The translations under genes were made by a program, and so were the position numbers. A stretch of 63,924 nt of DNA, the filler included, from Octopus bimaculoides (lineage: Eukaryota), in NCBI RefSeq assembly GCF_001194135.2. It is 7 parts of 7 records of this genome, joined end to end, with 100 filler letters (N's around TTAATTAATTAA, not from the genome) between each part and the next. Parts side by side here need not be neighbours in the genome. Positions count along the whole stretch, not along the records: positions 1 to 28,643 come from NC_068991.1; positions 28,744 to 40,814 come from NC_068982.1; 5 more parts are not named here. One strand, written 5' to 3'. Below are positions 27,012 to 38,310 of the stretch, one piece after another (the stretch's first letter is position 1; every line of letters starts with the position of its first letter). The notes beneath the pieces were generated by a model. It was not told the DNA's origin, searched no databases, and saw only the letters and a program-made list of their open reading frames with translations.

Positions 27012-27167
27012 CCCTTTAGCATTCAGGTTACTCTGACAAATGTAAAGCTTATTAATCATGTATTATCTCATAGCTTTGGGATTTCCATAATGTGATTGTA
27101 TAATTTTAGAATGACATTGTAGAGCAGGCATGAGAGGCCAGATCTGGTTGGTTTAAATGCTATAGGG
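27012..27167. mobile_element. piggyBac-type MITE, degenerate right end
   Basis: TTAA|CCCTTTAGCATT ... AATGCTATAGGG (11 of 12 complementary); the right TTAA is not intact. Confidence 0.55.
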
Positions 27168-27585
27168 CTGATGTATATGGTGTGTGTGTATATAAAGTAT
27201 CTACATTAACATTTATAATGTGTGCATAATTGTATTTTTAAGTGCGTGTAGTCCTGTTTAAAGTACCAAGGATTACTTTTTCAAACCACAATGTTATTTA
27301 ATTGACCTGTTGGCTGTCTATATATATATAGCCACCATGAAGTGAAAAGAAACAACTGCTATTCTCAAAATCATAGTGTGATTGTTGAAGAGGACTGTTG
27401 CTCAGCTGTCATCAGTAGTGGGGGGGTTTTTGGTGGATGTGCGGTTAAAAAGAATTCCTGAGGAAGAATTTAGACATTTTTCATCAGTTTAGAATTAGTT
27501 CTCTCTCTTTCTCTCTATCTATTTGATTGGAACCAGGCGGCAAATGATAGGGGCCCCGCATACATGTGTGTGTGTGGGCATGTTT

Positions 27586-27654
<69 letters not shown>

Positions 27655-27655
<1 letters not shown>

Positions 27656-27785
27656 GGCTGCTAGCAGAATAGCGCGCCAGACAAAATGCTTAGCAGTATT
27701 TTGCCTGTCACTACATTCTGTCTCCAAGTTCCGCCGAGGTCGACTTTGCCTTTCATCCTTTCTGGGTCAATAAATTAAGTACCAT
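27655..27785 (+). mobile_element. Family B SINE following an (ATT)n tract
   Basis: aaggctgctagcagaatagcgcgccagacaaaatgcttagc...ttccgccgaggtcgactttgcctttcatcc. Confidence 0.7.
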
Positions 27786-28055
27786 CTGCTCATAGGGAAA
27801 TATTACCTTACTTGTAAACAGGTGAGCGCTGGTAGCAGCTGGAAAGGCATGTAGATGTTAAAATGATGGTAATAAAAGATGATGATGTATGTGTATCTGC
27901 ATCTGTGTGTGTGTGTGTGTGTGTGTATAAGTTAAATAAATGTTATTTTACTAGTTCTAATCACTTGCCTGTAGTATTCCCATTACATATAAATATTCTG
28001 TTGATTTTGCATCATATGTCATCCTTCATCGTTAATAATTGTTTTATTGTATGCT

Positions 28056-28472
28056 AAGAGTGGCTGTGTGGTAAGTAGCTTGCTTACCAACCACATGGTT
28101 CTGGGTTCATTCCCACTGCGTGGCACCTTGGGCAAGTGTCTTCTACTATAGCCTCGGGCCGNNNNNNNNNNCTTGGGCAAGTGTCTTCTACTATAGCCTC
28201 GGGCCGACCAAAGCCTTGTGAGTGGATTTGGTAGATGGAAACTGAAAGAAGCCCGTCGTATATATGTGTATGTGTGTGTCTGTGTTTGTCCCCCCAACAT
28301 TGCTTGATGACCAATGCTGGTGTGTTTACGTCCCCGTCACTTAGCGGTTCGGCAAAAAGAGACCGATAGAATAAGTACTAGGCTTACAAAGAATAAGTCC
28401 TGGCGTCGATTTGCTCGACTAAATGCGGTGCTCCAGCATGGCCATAGTCAAATGATGTAACAAGTAAAAGAG
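28056..28472 (+). mobile_element. Full-length family A SINE (small gap with duplicated overlap)
   Basis: Head to tail as at 5533-5927. The 30 bp repeated across the 10-N gap is probably an assembly overlap. Confidence 0.85.
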
Positions 28473-28936
28473 TAGATGCATAAGAAAAATTTTGAAACTG
28501 AGCTTCCATAGAACCCTTGCAATCAGCTCCTGCAGCTTTCTTTGACCCGGTTAATGAACCGACCCCAGTTCTAATTTCTAACTGATTCTGCGAAGGAGAA
28601 ATTCAAATCAATTGGTAAAACTTCGCGTATTTAGCCTAAAATANNNNNNNNNNNNNNNNNNNNNNNNNNNNNNNNNNNNNNNNNNNNTTAATTAATTAAN
28701 NNNNNNNNNNNNNNNNNNNNNNNNNNNNNNNNNNNNNNNNNNNATATATATATATATAGGTTATGAACGATAGTGGTGTCAATTAGACTCAGAGGTTTCA
28801 GGTAATGCTGAGTAAGTGCTATGGATAGACCACGGTTAAGCTTCAGGTTCGGTGGTTATGCGAATAAGGGGTCCGACGTAAGTCATATATCAGCGTGTGA
28901 ATATAGGATATACTTTTCGTAGTGAGGTAAAAAAAA

Positions 28937-29405
28937 AAAAAGCCCAAGGCTGTGTATAATATAGAACATTTATAAATCGAATGTCTTACAGTTGTTTCCA
29001 GGATATTTATATCACTTCATCGGAGACGGTGTGAGAGGATGGTTAAGCAACAGTTAATTTAGTTAAGATAGGAAATAGAGAGTGAATGTAGAGATATTGT
29101 ATTTGCAAATCTAATGTTTAGGCAGAATGGTATACATATAAGATTCCAATACCGTGTGAGTAAGATCCAGTAATATCTTATATGTATAAGTAAGATCTTT
29201 TATGGATATCATTCTGCCTAAACAATGGATTTACAAATACGATATCCCTACATTCACTCTCTATTTCCTATCTTAATTAAACTAACTATTGCTTAATCAT
29301 CCTCTCGCACCGTCTCCGATGAAGGGATATAATAAATATCCTGGAAACAGCTGTAAGACATTCGATTTATAAATGTTCTATATTATACACAGCCTTGGGC
29401 TTTTT
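28937..29405. repeat. Long foldback inverted repeat of Penelope-like terminal sequence
   Basis: 28937-~29144 is the reverse complement of ~29175-29405. By eye there are about 13 substitutions and two indels in ~200 bp, with a ~30 nt loop. Confidence 0.9.
29312..29359 (+). ncRNA. Minimal type I hammerhead-ribozyme-like motif (PLE type); antisense copy at 28983-29027
   Basis: GTCT [CCGATGA] A GGGATAT-aataa-ATATCCT G [GAAA] CAGCTG TA AGAC. It has helix I GTCT/AGAC, a core differing from CUGAUGA at U4, a 7 bp helix II, a palindromic loopless helix III and a predicted GUA cleavage site after 29355. Confidence 0.5.
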
Positions 29406-30459
29406 ATCTCATTTCAACTCATTTTATCTTTTCTTCTGCATATTTTCACTGTACATCTTCCAACATTAAATCTAACAAAAATGATTTAAGCCTTGAAAAG
29501 CTCCATAAATTTGGTTAATTAATCGGACAAGTGATGTATCGATTAAGCATGCAAGCCTCAATGTGCAAAGGATGAAACTTCCTGACCTGTCTAAAACACG
29601 TGTAAGTGTAATAAATACCGTTGAAAATGCTTTTCATTCTTTCTTTTTCTACTAATATACCAAAATTATTAATCAGTGATAAACTTCAGATTTACAGTTT
29701 TCACAAGAAAAAAAATAACTACCTATACGAATTACTATAATCTTGACTGGACAATTTTGTTAGCCGGGTTTTACTTACAGAGAGTACTTACAGGAGTATT
29801 CACCGATAGAATAAGTACGAAACTTTAAAATTAAATAGATAGGTACTGGGGTTGATTTGTTCAACTAAACTTTTCAAGACGGTGCCTCAGCATAACTGAA
29901 ATCCAGTGATTATAACAAAAGAATAAACACCAAATTCCAGCTTATTTGAGGAGTGTTCGCGCCTTGTCTGAAATAGTATCTAAGTCTCCCTCAGATCACA
30001 CCATAACTTTTTAAACGGAAAGGATACGTTAAATAATATAGTTTTCCATACTTGCTGATAAGATAGGATGGTCAAAACTGGAATGTCAGGATTCAGGGCC
30101 TTCTCAGAAATATTATCGGCCCCCGAGCAAATCAATGCACTGGACCCTGTAGTATTGGATTCCTAGACCTGGGAGGCCCCTGGACAACTACCCAGTGTGC
30201 TTGTGGTTTAAGACGTCACTGCCAGAACTAACCTGAGGCTAAAAGAAATCTAAACGAAAAGTGCAAGGAAGGACACATTATATAATGTATAATATAAACC
30301 TACATGATCTCTCTCGTTAAAAAGACAGTGTGGTTACAGTTGGAATGCCATTGGACATAAGTCTGCTGAATCACAGCTGGTCTAAGGTTAAACAATATAC
30401 ATACGGAAGAAAATGCTTATTTTGCTAAATGGTTAATCCAGCGCAGTATATATATATAT

Positions 30460-30612
30460 ATTGTGTGGTAAGAAGCTTGCTTCCCAACCACATGGTTCCG
30501 GGTTCAGTCCCACTGCGTGGCACCTTGGGCAAGTGTTTTCTACTATAGCCTTGGGCTGACCAAAGCCTTGTGAGTGGATTTTGTAGACGAAAATTTAAAG
30601 AAGCGCGTCGTT
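30460..30612 (+). mobile_element. Family A SINE head
   Basis: tgtgtggtaagaagcttgcttcccaaccacatggttccgggttcagtcccactgcgtggcaccttgggcaag. Confidence 0.85.
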
Positions 30613-30744
30613 CATAAGTATCTTATCTATAAAAGGCAGATTTTCTCTGTGTGTGTGTGTATGTTTAAAATTCATACATTTACACAATTCCAAATTTCTT
30701 GGATTAAAGAATCGGAATTAATATTCTAAATACAATTAGTTACG

Positions 30745-33357
30745 TCACTGCGTCATTTTTTCATCTTCATTGCTGGTGGTGCAGCTGCTCTCCTCATTGG
30801 TCTTCATTAGGGCTGTCTCTACGACCGTCTCCATGGCGTTTGTTATTCTGCTAATCTGGCTGTTATTATATACTGCTCCAGCCAGAATAGGCGAAACTTG
30901 GGGTGGAAGGCAGCGGCCAGCTGGCTCTCCAGATCTTCTAGGAGGAGCCCAAGCCTTTTCGTGGTACTTGTCAGTATCGCATCTACTAGAGGACTGCAGT
31001 CCAGGAGATGTTTGAACTTGGCTTCCTTCAACTTCATGACGGCAGCCGCTACAGTTGCCGGAAGGCTCCCGAGATAGGCCTGGTCCTCCCCTGGATTTTA
31101 TCCAAGGCCTTGACAACATTAGACATCACCTGGACGTACTCCGACAGGAAACCAATATCAGAATCAGTGGTCTGCAGCTTCGGCTGTGTCATCACCTCTA
31201 TTCTTCTGTAGCTCCTCTATTCTTCTCCAGTAGGTTGTTGAGGACAACAACAGAGTCATAGGTAGAGTTCCATTTGGTACCGCTGGGGACCACCAGCCTC
31301 CACTTCAACGCGCCCAGAAAGCTGTCTGCTGCCACCGTGCTGCGGCTCTGCAGATTCCACAGGTGCTGTGCCTTGGAATGGCCTTCCTGTAGGCTGACTT
31401 GAACGAAGCGCTGTCAAGAGCCTTGTCGGCATCCACGCTGGCTATCAAGTTGAAGGTATGGGCTGCGTACTTCATGTACACTAGCAGGTTTAGGCCCAGG
31501 CCGCTGGACTCGTCAAGGATGGCATCAAGAGAGATATACTTAACTTTGTCCGCATCGCCAACCTCAGGATCCACGTCCAGGTCCACATCCTCGACGTCCT
31601 CCACGTCCATATCGGCAGCAGCCACAGGAATGTCTGGCAAGAGTTCAACTTCTGTACCAAACTGCATAAATGCTTTAACAAAGGTTTTGCCGTTGTCTGT
31701 CGTGGTCCTGGTCATCTTGTTTTGCAGATGGAACTTGTCATAGGTGTCCACCATGGCCTGGGCGAGAACATCAAATGTGTAATGTCCTCTGAGCCGAGAG
31801 CAAGCGAGGACAGCGTGTTGTCTCGTGCGGGTCTTGGGGTCCAGCTAGTATGACATCATCCCCAGGTAGGGCTTGTTGTGGGCCGCCCAACACTCCATGG
31901 TGGTCGCCACTCAGGAGACATCCTTGAGCAATCTGTAATTTAAAATATTAAATTGTAAAGAGACGTAAGTTGTAAAGTTAAAAACTTAAAATTATATATA
32001 TATATATATATGTGAAATCAAGGATCAAGGTGGCTAGCAGCAATTTAAAACCAACAAGGAAATGATTCACTGTCACTAAGAGTAACAAGGATGCAGTGAA
32101 CACTAGCATTAGTAGAAATAGGAGTCGTAGACTCCTTAGCCACAAAAGCACATAGTCTCTTTGTATTGACAGAGGAGAAAACCCTCTCCCTTGTGAGTGA
32201 GATGCATTAGATTAGCATGCTAATTTCGTATAAGAAATTAATACTCATCAATAATCCTCACTCCATCACAACTTGTAGAAGCTAACTCACACTGTCAAAA
32301 TCATGGAGAATGCCATTGGAAACAGTGACTGATTTCACAAAATGGCAATGTGAAAATTATAAAATAATCAAGGTGGCTAGCAGCAATTTAAAACCAACAA
32401 GGGAAATAATTCACCGTCACTATATATAAACTAACGCAAAGTATGATCAAGGCCTACTAAAAAAAAAAAAAAAAAAGGACCTCATCCGTATCCCACAAGC
32501 TGCAATGGTTTTTGTGAGCACGTGGTTTGTACAATTTTTGGTGGGCAAGAAGGAGGCAGGACATTTGATCGCAGTATCTATTAACCATATTTTGTTTATA
32601 GACATCACACAAATTGTAGCTTAACATTTGTTACAAGGCTGTTCTAAATTCATGGAAACATTGCTTATAATTTAAAGCCTTGTTACTGGCCAGGATAATC
32701 CTGCCCAGAGTGCGGCGGGACATCGACGTCTTGCTAGGATTCAGTGTCTTGATCAGACCGACCAAGCTGGGGAACTCCACTACATGCAGCGGTATGTCGA
32801 CAAAGAGGTCTACAATTCTTCTGTCCAACATAGACTGATGGACGCCAATGCCAGCAGTTTGGGCAAACGCCTCGCATGCTTTCTTTGCACATGGCTGCAA
32901 AGAGGCACTGCTACCAGAAGATTGTTTGTTTCTTACGGGAAGAGCCAACCTTGATCCTCTCTTCAAACTGGATGGCATGCGCTGAGTGTTTCCTCTGATA
33001 ACGTACACTGTAAGATTGTCTGTAATGTGACAATGTTGTAAGTGAACACAACTCAAAACTGCAGAATTACACAAGGCTGCTCAGCTAGCTGCTACTGCGT
33101 CGACAAATCACGTCTTGTCACGTGTACACGTAGTCAGCCAATAGCGTGCCTGATAGACTCTTTGACACATGCCCACAACAGAAAGGAACAAAAGTATGAG
33201 TTTTGTTAGCGGACTTAAAGTTAGGGGGACTAAATTTAGCGGAAGCTAATTGGTCCCCTAACGGTTTCCACAGTTATCGAAGACGCTAATCCGCTAAATG
33301 AAAAGTTAGCTTCACTAATTAGCTGTTAGTGGATTAACGGAACCGTGCCTAGCACTA
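30745..33357 (-). mobile_element. hAT DNA transposon remnant (Ac/Tol2-like group), 3'-truncated, 5' TIR retained
   Basis: Transposase motifs on the minus strand. The right end reads TAGTGCTAGGCACGG on the minus strand, resembling CAGTGTTGGG-type hAT TIRs, with repeated subterminal ttagc/gctaa motifs at 33200-33330. Confidence 0.85.
30843..32995 (-). pseudogene. hAT transposase pseudogene with a probable intron at 31933-32634
   Basis: In order: RKH, PLHVVEFPSLVGLIKTLNPSKTSMSRRTL, putative GT-AG intron (TT|GTAACA ... ttacAG|A, phase 2), VS*VATTMECWAAHNKPYLGM, LACSRLRGHYTFDVLA, TTDNGKTFVKAF, YAAHTFNLIA, LWNLQSRS, VPSGTKWNSTYDS, ALDKIQGEDQAYLG, LAAAFHPKFRLFWL. In-frame stops and frameshifts are present. 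Confidence 0.88.
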
Positions 33358-33363
33358 TACAGA

Positions 33364-33419
<56 letters not shown>

Positions 33420-33487
33420 NNNNNNNNNNNNNNNNNNNNNNNNGTGTACAGTGTTGGGCACGGTTCTGTTGATCCGCAAACAGCTAA

Positions 33488-34495
33488 GATATAACCATTA
33501 CGACGACTCCACTCAGAACCGACCACAACAGAGAACCCACAATAGACCAAGGGTCAACGGAAGGACAATCAACAAGAGCAGTAATTCCTGATATCAAAAC
33601 CCAAGAAACCATTTTTTTAGGCAAACTGGGTCAAAACCGGGACACTCGATGGTACCAACCAAATGTGGGATCCCGAAAGTGATAAATCTCTCACATAAAA
33701 CCCTTTCAAACCAATAAATCAAAAGGATTGAAATTCACCCCAACACCACAAAGATCGAACCTCAATAATATATAAAATGATATCCAGGAATTTTGCAGAA
33801 AACTTTGTGTCACTGAAGAACTATTGGATAAAGAAACTAATGATCACTCAATATTCATAATAAAAGTAACTACTGTCCGACAAAAGGAAGAAATCAAACT
33901 CTAGATAACTTTTGTGATTTGGTATCCAATTATCCCTACTACTTATTCCCACCTCGAAAATTTAAAACAAATACAAGTCTAGAAGAATAGAAAATCATTA
34001 ATGATCTCAAGGAGGATCATAATATAATTATAAAAGAAGCCGATAAAGGGTGTGCTGTAGTAATCATGGACTCAGAAAAATACATAAATACTACCCTAAT
34101 CTTCCTTCAAGAGAATACCTACTAAGAAAAAAATCAACAACTACAGTCAATCCAAGATAATGACAAAACTTTCTACCCTTATCCACCAGTTCCAACAAGA
34201 TTTAACGGAAAAGGAGAGAGACTACTTGACTAGTTTTGACTGCAAAACCAGCAACTTTAATGGACTTCACAAAATCCACAAAAGTGAAGCCATAAACGAA
34301 GCCTATAACAAATCAACTTCTGTAGTCATAAATATTCCACGCCTGAGAGATCTTAAAATGAGACCAATTGTGGCTGGTCCCTCGTATGAAACACAGACTC
34401 AGTAACTTTATTGACGTCCTCCTTAAACCTATTCTCCAACAAATATTGAGCTTTATAAGGGATGATCTGAACTTTTTAAACCATCTCCCGAACAA
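33488..34495 (+). mobile_element. Penelope-like element, N-terminal half of the RT ORF, decayed
   Basis: Motifs VINLSHKTLS, KGLKFTPTP, KEADKGCAVVIMD, KTSNFNGLHKIHKS, LKMRPIVAGPS and FLNHLP are characteristic of PLE reverse transcriptases. Truncated before the catalytic motifs. Confidence 0.88.
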
Positions 34496-35683
34496 AGAGA
34501 GCGATAGAATAAATACCAGGCTTTAAATTCCCGTAAGCAAATACCCAGACCAATGCCCCGCAAACATAAACCCGAAATACCAAATCTTCCCTCTCTATCA
34601 ATGCACCGGAAACACTTCAACACGATTTACTCACAAACCTTTTATTAGTCACATAATGTATATATGTATGCACATTATATGGACGATATTTTCAATCGAA
34701 ACGTTACAATCGTATCTGTTTCTTCAAGTACTTCAATTGTGTGTATATAACTTGTATTTACCCGATTGCTAACATTTAACAATGGTCTCTCTCTCATTGT
34801 TTTGATGTGCCATTTTCTATTATTGATAAAACTCGGCATGTTTTACGACACGGGTATACTAGTAACTACAGATTATACTTATCTCTTAGCATGGCAACAG
34901 CATAAATATCGTTAAACTGTCATTTGTTTTACTTGGTCATTTTGCCCAATTTATTAGTCAGTGTTTAGCCAACGATAGAATCTCGAGAACTACACAATCG
35001 CTCGACCTGCTAAAAATAGTAGCCAAATATTCTACAATCCATTCCTGCTGTCCTAAAAAAAAAAACTAAATTTATATCATATATTATCTCTGAATAAAAA
35101 CTGAAACGAGCATTAAATGTCATTAACTCTAAGTCTGCTGGACTGTGGCCGACCCTGAGGCTAAATAATATCAAATTACAAACATAGTATTGTTGGATAT
35201 AATTGCCTTTCCTCAATGCAACGTTGGGCAACCGTGAATCGATTTCACCTGCGACTTGTGCGTAAGCGAAGTTGAAGTTAAAAGAAACTATAAACTAACA
35301 TTTTAGTCAGTGATATGTAACTTATTGCTCAAAAGGGCGTGGTTTAACGTAGTTGGACTAAACTAATGCATCATATTTTCGCTCGCCGACTTTTTTATTA
35401 TTATTCATATTCATTATTATACTACAACCCCCACACGTGTTAATGAATGTGTATCCACAATTTTCTTAAAACATTTACTTTGATAAAGTTTGCGTGTAGC
35501 TTATCTATTAATCCTTTTTGTTGTTGTTCTTTTTGGAGTTATTTTCTTTTCGCCTATTTTGTAATCAGCATTTTCTTAAATATCCTTAGATTAAGATAAA
35601 AAATAAAGTCATCTTTGAGTGTTTTTATTTATTTATTTTTTTTTATTCATCTGTCCGTGTTGACAAGCGCGCTTGATCCAGGC

Positions 35684-35770
35684 ATGACCAAGCGCACCAA
35701 ATCAGCGGCGAGCTACCAAGAGAAATGTCGAACTTGTGCAACACTCTGCCTTATTCTTGCATCTACCTCG
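35684..35770 (+). other. Candidate alternative first exon inside the large intron
   Basis: GC/CpG-rich island in AT-rich DNA ending in CTCG|GTAAGT (donor at 35771). ATG 35684 gives MTKRTKSAASYQEKCRTCATLCLILASTS (phase 0); ATG 35725 gives MSNLCNTLPYSCIYL (phase 1). No homology recognised. Confidence 0.35.
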
Positions 35771-37785
35771 GTAAGTAGATTATCTTATAATTACAAATGT
35801 AAGATAAGGGGAGTAGTTCAGGGAACACTATTATTAATCCTGTTTACTTTTTTCTCTTTTTCTTTTTTCTCCCTTTCTTCTTTCTGTCTTCCTGGACTTG
35901 TTTGTTTTACACAAGGCTTTTTTTTATGTATGTCTATATATCTCCTGCTATCTTTAGTTTCCATGGAAGCCAAACCACTCCGAGCTGTTGCCACACTAAA
36001 TATTATAGTTTGATTCAATCTCTCGTAAGATAGATGTGCACTGTCAATACAGTAATGGTATTTTCGATCAAACTTAAATCGAATTTGCTATCTACTTCTA
36101 TCATCATCATCATAATCATTATTAAAATTGATCTATTTCGACATACACAAATTCTCTCTCTCCCTCTCTCTCCTGCGTATTATCATAAATGTATCCACAA
36201 ATATCATCAAATAAAAATTACCTTCGATAGTCCTTATCTCATCCGACTACGGATTATTTCATGCATCCATTTATATTTTTAATATACTGTCATATAGTAA
36301 TGCCTAGGTGTGCGAAATCTGTACACACCCATTTATATATTTATAATTATAAACATATTGTTATATACGAGTGTCCATGCTTGCGTTGAATACACACAAG
36401 CACACACATACACTCATACACATATAATCAATGAAGGACTCTCTACATAGTCGCTCGATCTGCTAGAAATAGTAGTCAAATATCCCACATACCATACCTT
36501 AATGTCATATAAAAGACCTTGGTTGATATGCAGTTAACAGTATTTCTGGAGAACAGATGGCTTGATTATGGCTGGATTGGCCTTTCATCATTATGCATGA
36601 CTGTCCTATCAAAGCTGAGCTGTGGTTAAACAACATCATAAACAAACCCGGCTTGAAAAAACGTAAATCATTTAATGCAAGCAACGGAAATAATCATTTA
36701 AACAGCCTTCATCGCATATACCCACATACATACATACCACACACACACACACAAGTTACAATCTTTACTTTATTTTCGACAAATCTTGACTGTTCACTGT
36801 AAAAAAAAGTTATCAGTCGATTAATTTAGGTAGAGTTTTCGCTTTTGTTGTTTTCGGTTTGTGTTTGTGAGTGTGATGGGAGATGCTTTTATCTTGAAAA
36901 ATTATCAAATTATTAGAATATCCATTTTTTATAATACCATCTTAATTAGAAGTTAATTGAAGTGCTTGATATTTATTAATATCGTTTTTTGACAGTTGTT
37001 ATTTACTGAGATCTATACATATTTAAACCTTTTTGAAACAGTCTAATCAAATAACATCATATTTCCTCTTCGATTTGTTTGTCGGTGTTTTCTGTAAGAA
37101 GGCGGAGCAAGGTCTTCTAAGAATTTATGATATAACTCGCCATCAACACTTATTGTAACCTGCCATTCAGTTCCCTCTCTTTGTAGGTTACTACTATCTT
37201 TAAAAACAAAATAACAGTTTATTTTCTGACAAAAGTTTCAAGACTGAAAAATGTTCAAGAGAAACTGTGACGTTTATATCGGCTTCGAATAAGGTTTGAA
37301 CAACTGTTGCCTAATTTGAAAGGAGAAAAATAAATGCCAACCAGTTAACAGACAGGGGAGCAACATGTAAGCAATGTAGGAGCTTTTGTGTGGTCGCTCA
37401 GACTGTTGGAACTACCTACCAAATTCCCTCATTTCGTAACCATGCGTCACAAATAAGGAAAAGACACATTAGGATGTCATGATACCACTAACAGATACGA
37501 CTGTCGTGGTTAGACTGTCTTTGATCACAGCTCCGCTTAATCAGAGCTAGCCTGGGGCTAAACAACAACAGTGCAACAAGCCTTCTTCCCTCTACCATTT
37601 CTAAGAACGTAGTGTACTTTTAATTGCGTCAATAATTAATATCAATTTCTTATTTAGACTCAAGTCTCGCTCGATATTATATACAGAAGCGAGTGGGGAT
37701 TGAGCTTGTCTGATATACACACATTTATTTATGAAAGATATTAAGGAACTAACTCGTTTCACTTATAGTTTCTTACTTCCTATGC

Positions 37786-38032
37786 CAGGGGTTTTCAAAC
37801 TGTGGTCCGCGGACAGCAAATACTTTTTATGGGCAATTTGATTTTATATATGGTTTTTAATCGAAATCTTTTAATTGACAATAAACCTATTTGTTAAATA
37901 AATAAATGTAAAAATATATGTTATTTTAAGCAAATATTTATGTATAAATTTCATAAGCGTTTATAAGGGGGTCCCTAAGGTAAAGCCTGAAATATAAAGG
38001 GGTCCGCAAGTCAAAAAGTTTGAAAACCCCTG
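37786..38032. mobile_element. hAT (Charlie-like) MITE, 247 bp
   Basis: Perfect 16 bp TIR CAGGGGTTTTCAAACT and perfect 8 bp TSD TCCTATGC (37778-37785 and 38033-38040). Confidence 0.93.
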
Positions 38033-38040
38033 TCCTATGC

Positions 38041-38310
38041 AATGAATTTTCTCTTGGTTGTTTTATCCAAGTAATAAACATTCTAGGTGACATCGATATA
38101 AAGTTGCTCATCAACACACTCCAACCTCTATCCCACAGGCAAGATTTGTTTTTTCAACTATTGTGGCCACTTCACCTTGAAACTGGCTGCTTTCGCTTGT
38201 CATCGCTACTGAGGTACTCCTTAGTTCACTCGTCTCGTCCCCTCGCATACCTATATCGTGCTAACCACTCCAGGTCACATACGAATTGCTACTCTTGATT
38301 CCACCCCTAT
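38041..38310 (+). mobile_element. Decayed LINE 3' fragment (CR1/L2-related)
   Basis: LQPLSHR motif and downstream spacing resemble post-RT segments of CR1/L2-clade LINEs. Confidence 0.35.

Noticed and set aside
29572-29607. ATG...CGT|GTAAGT mini-exon (MKLPDLSKTR)
   Set aside because: Weak -1 position and no other support; GTAAGT is expected by chance every few kb here.
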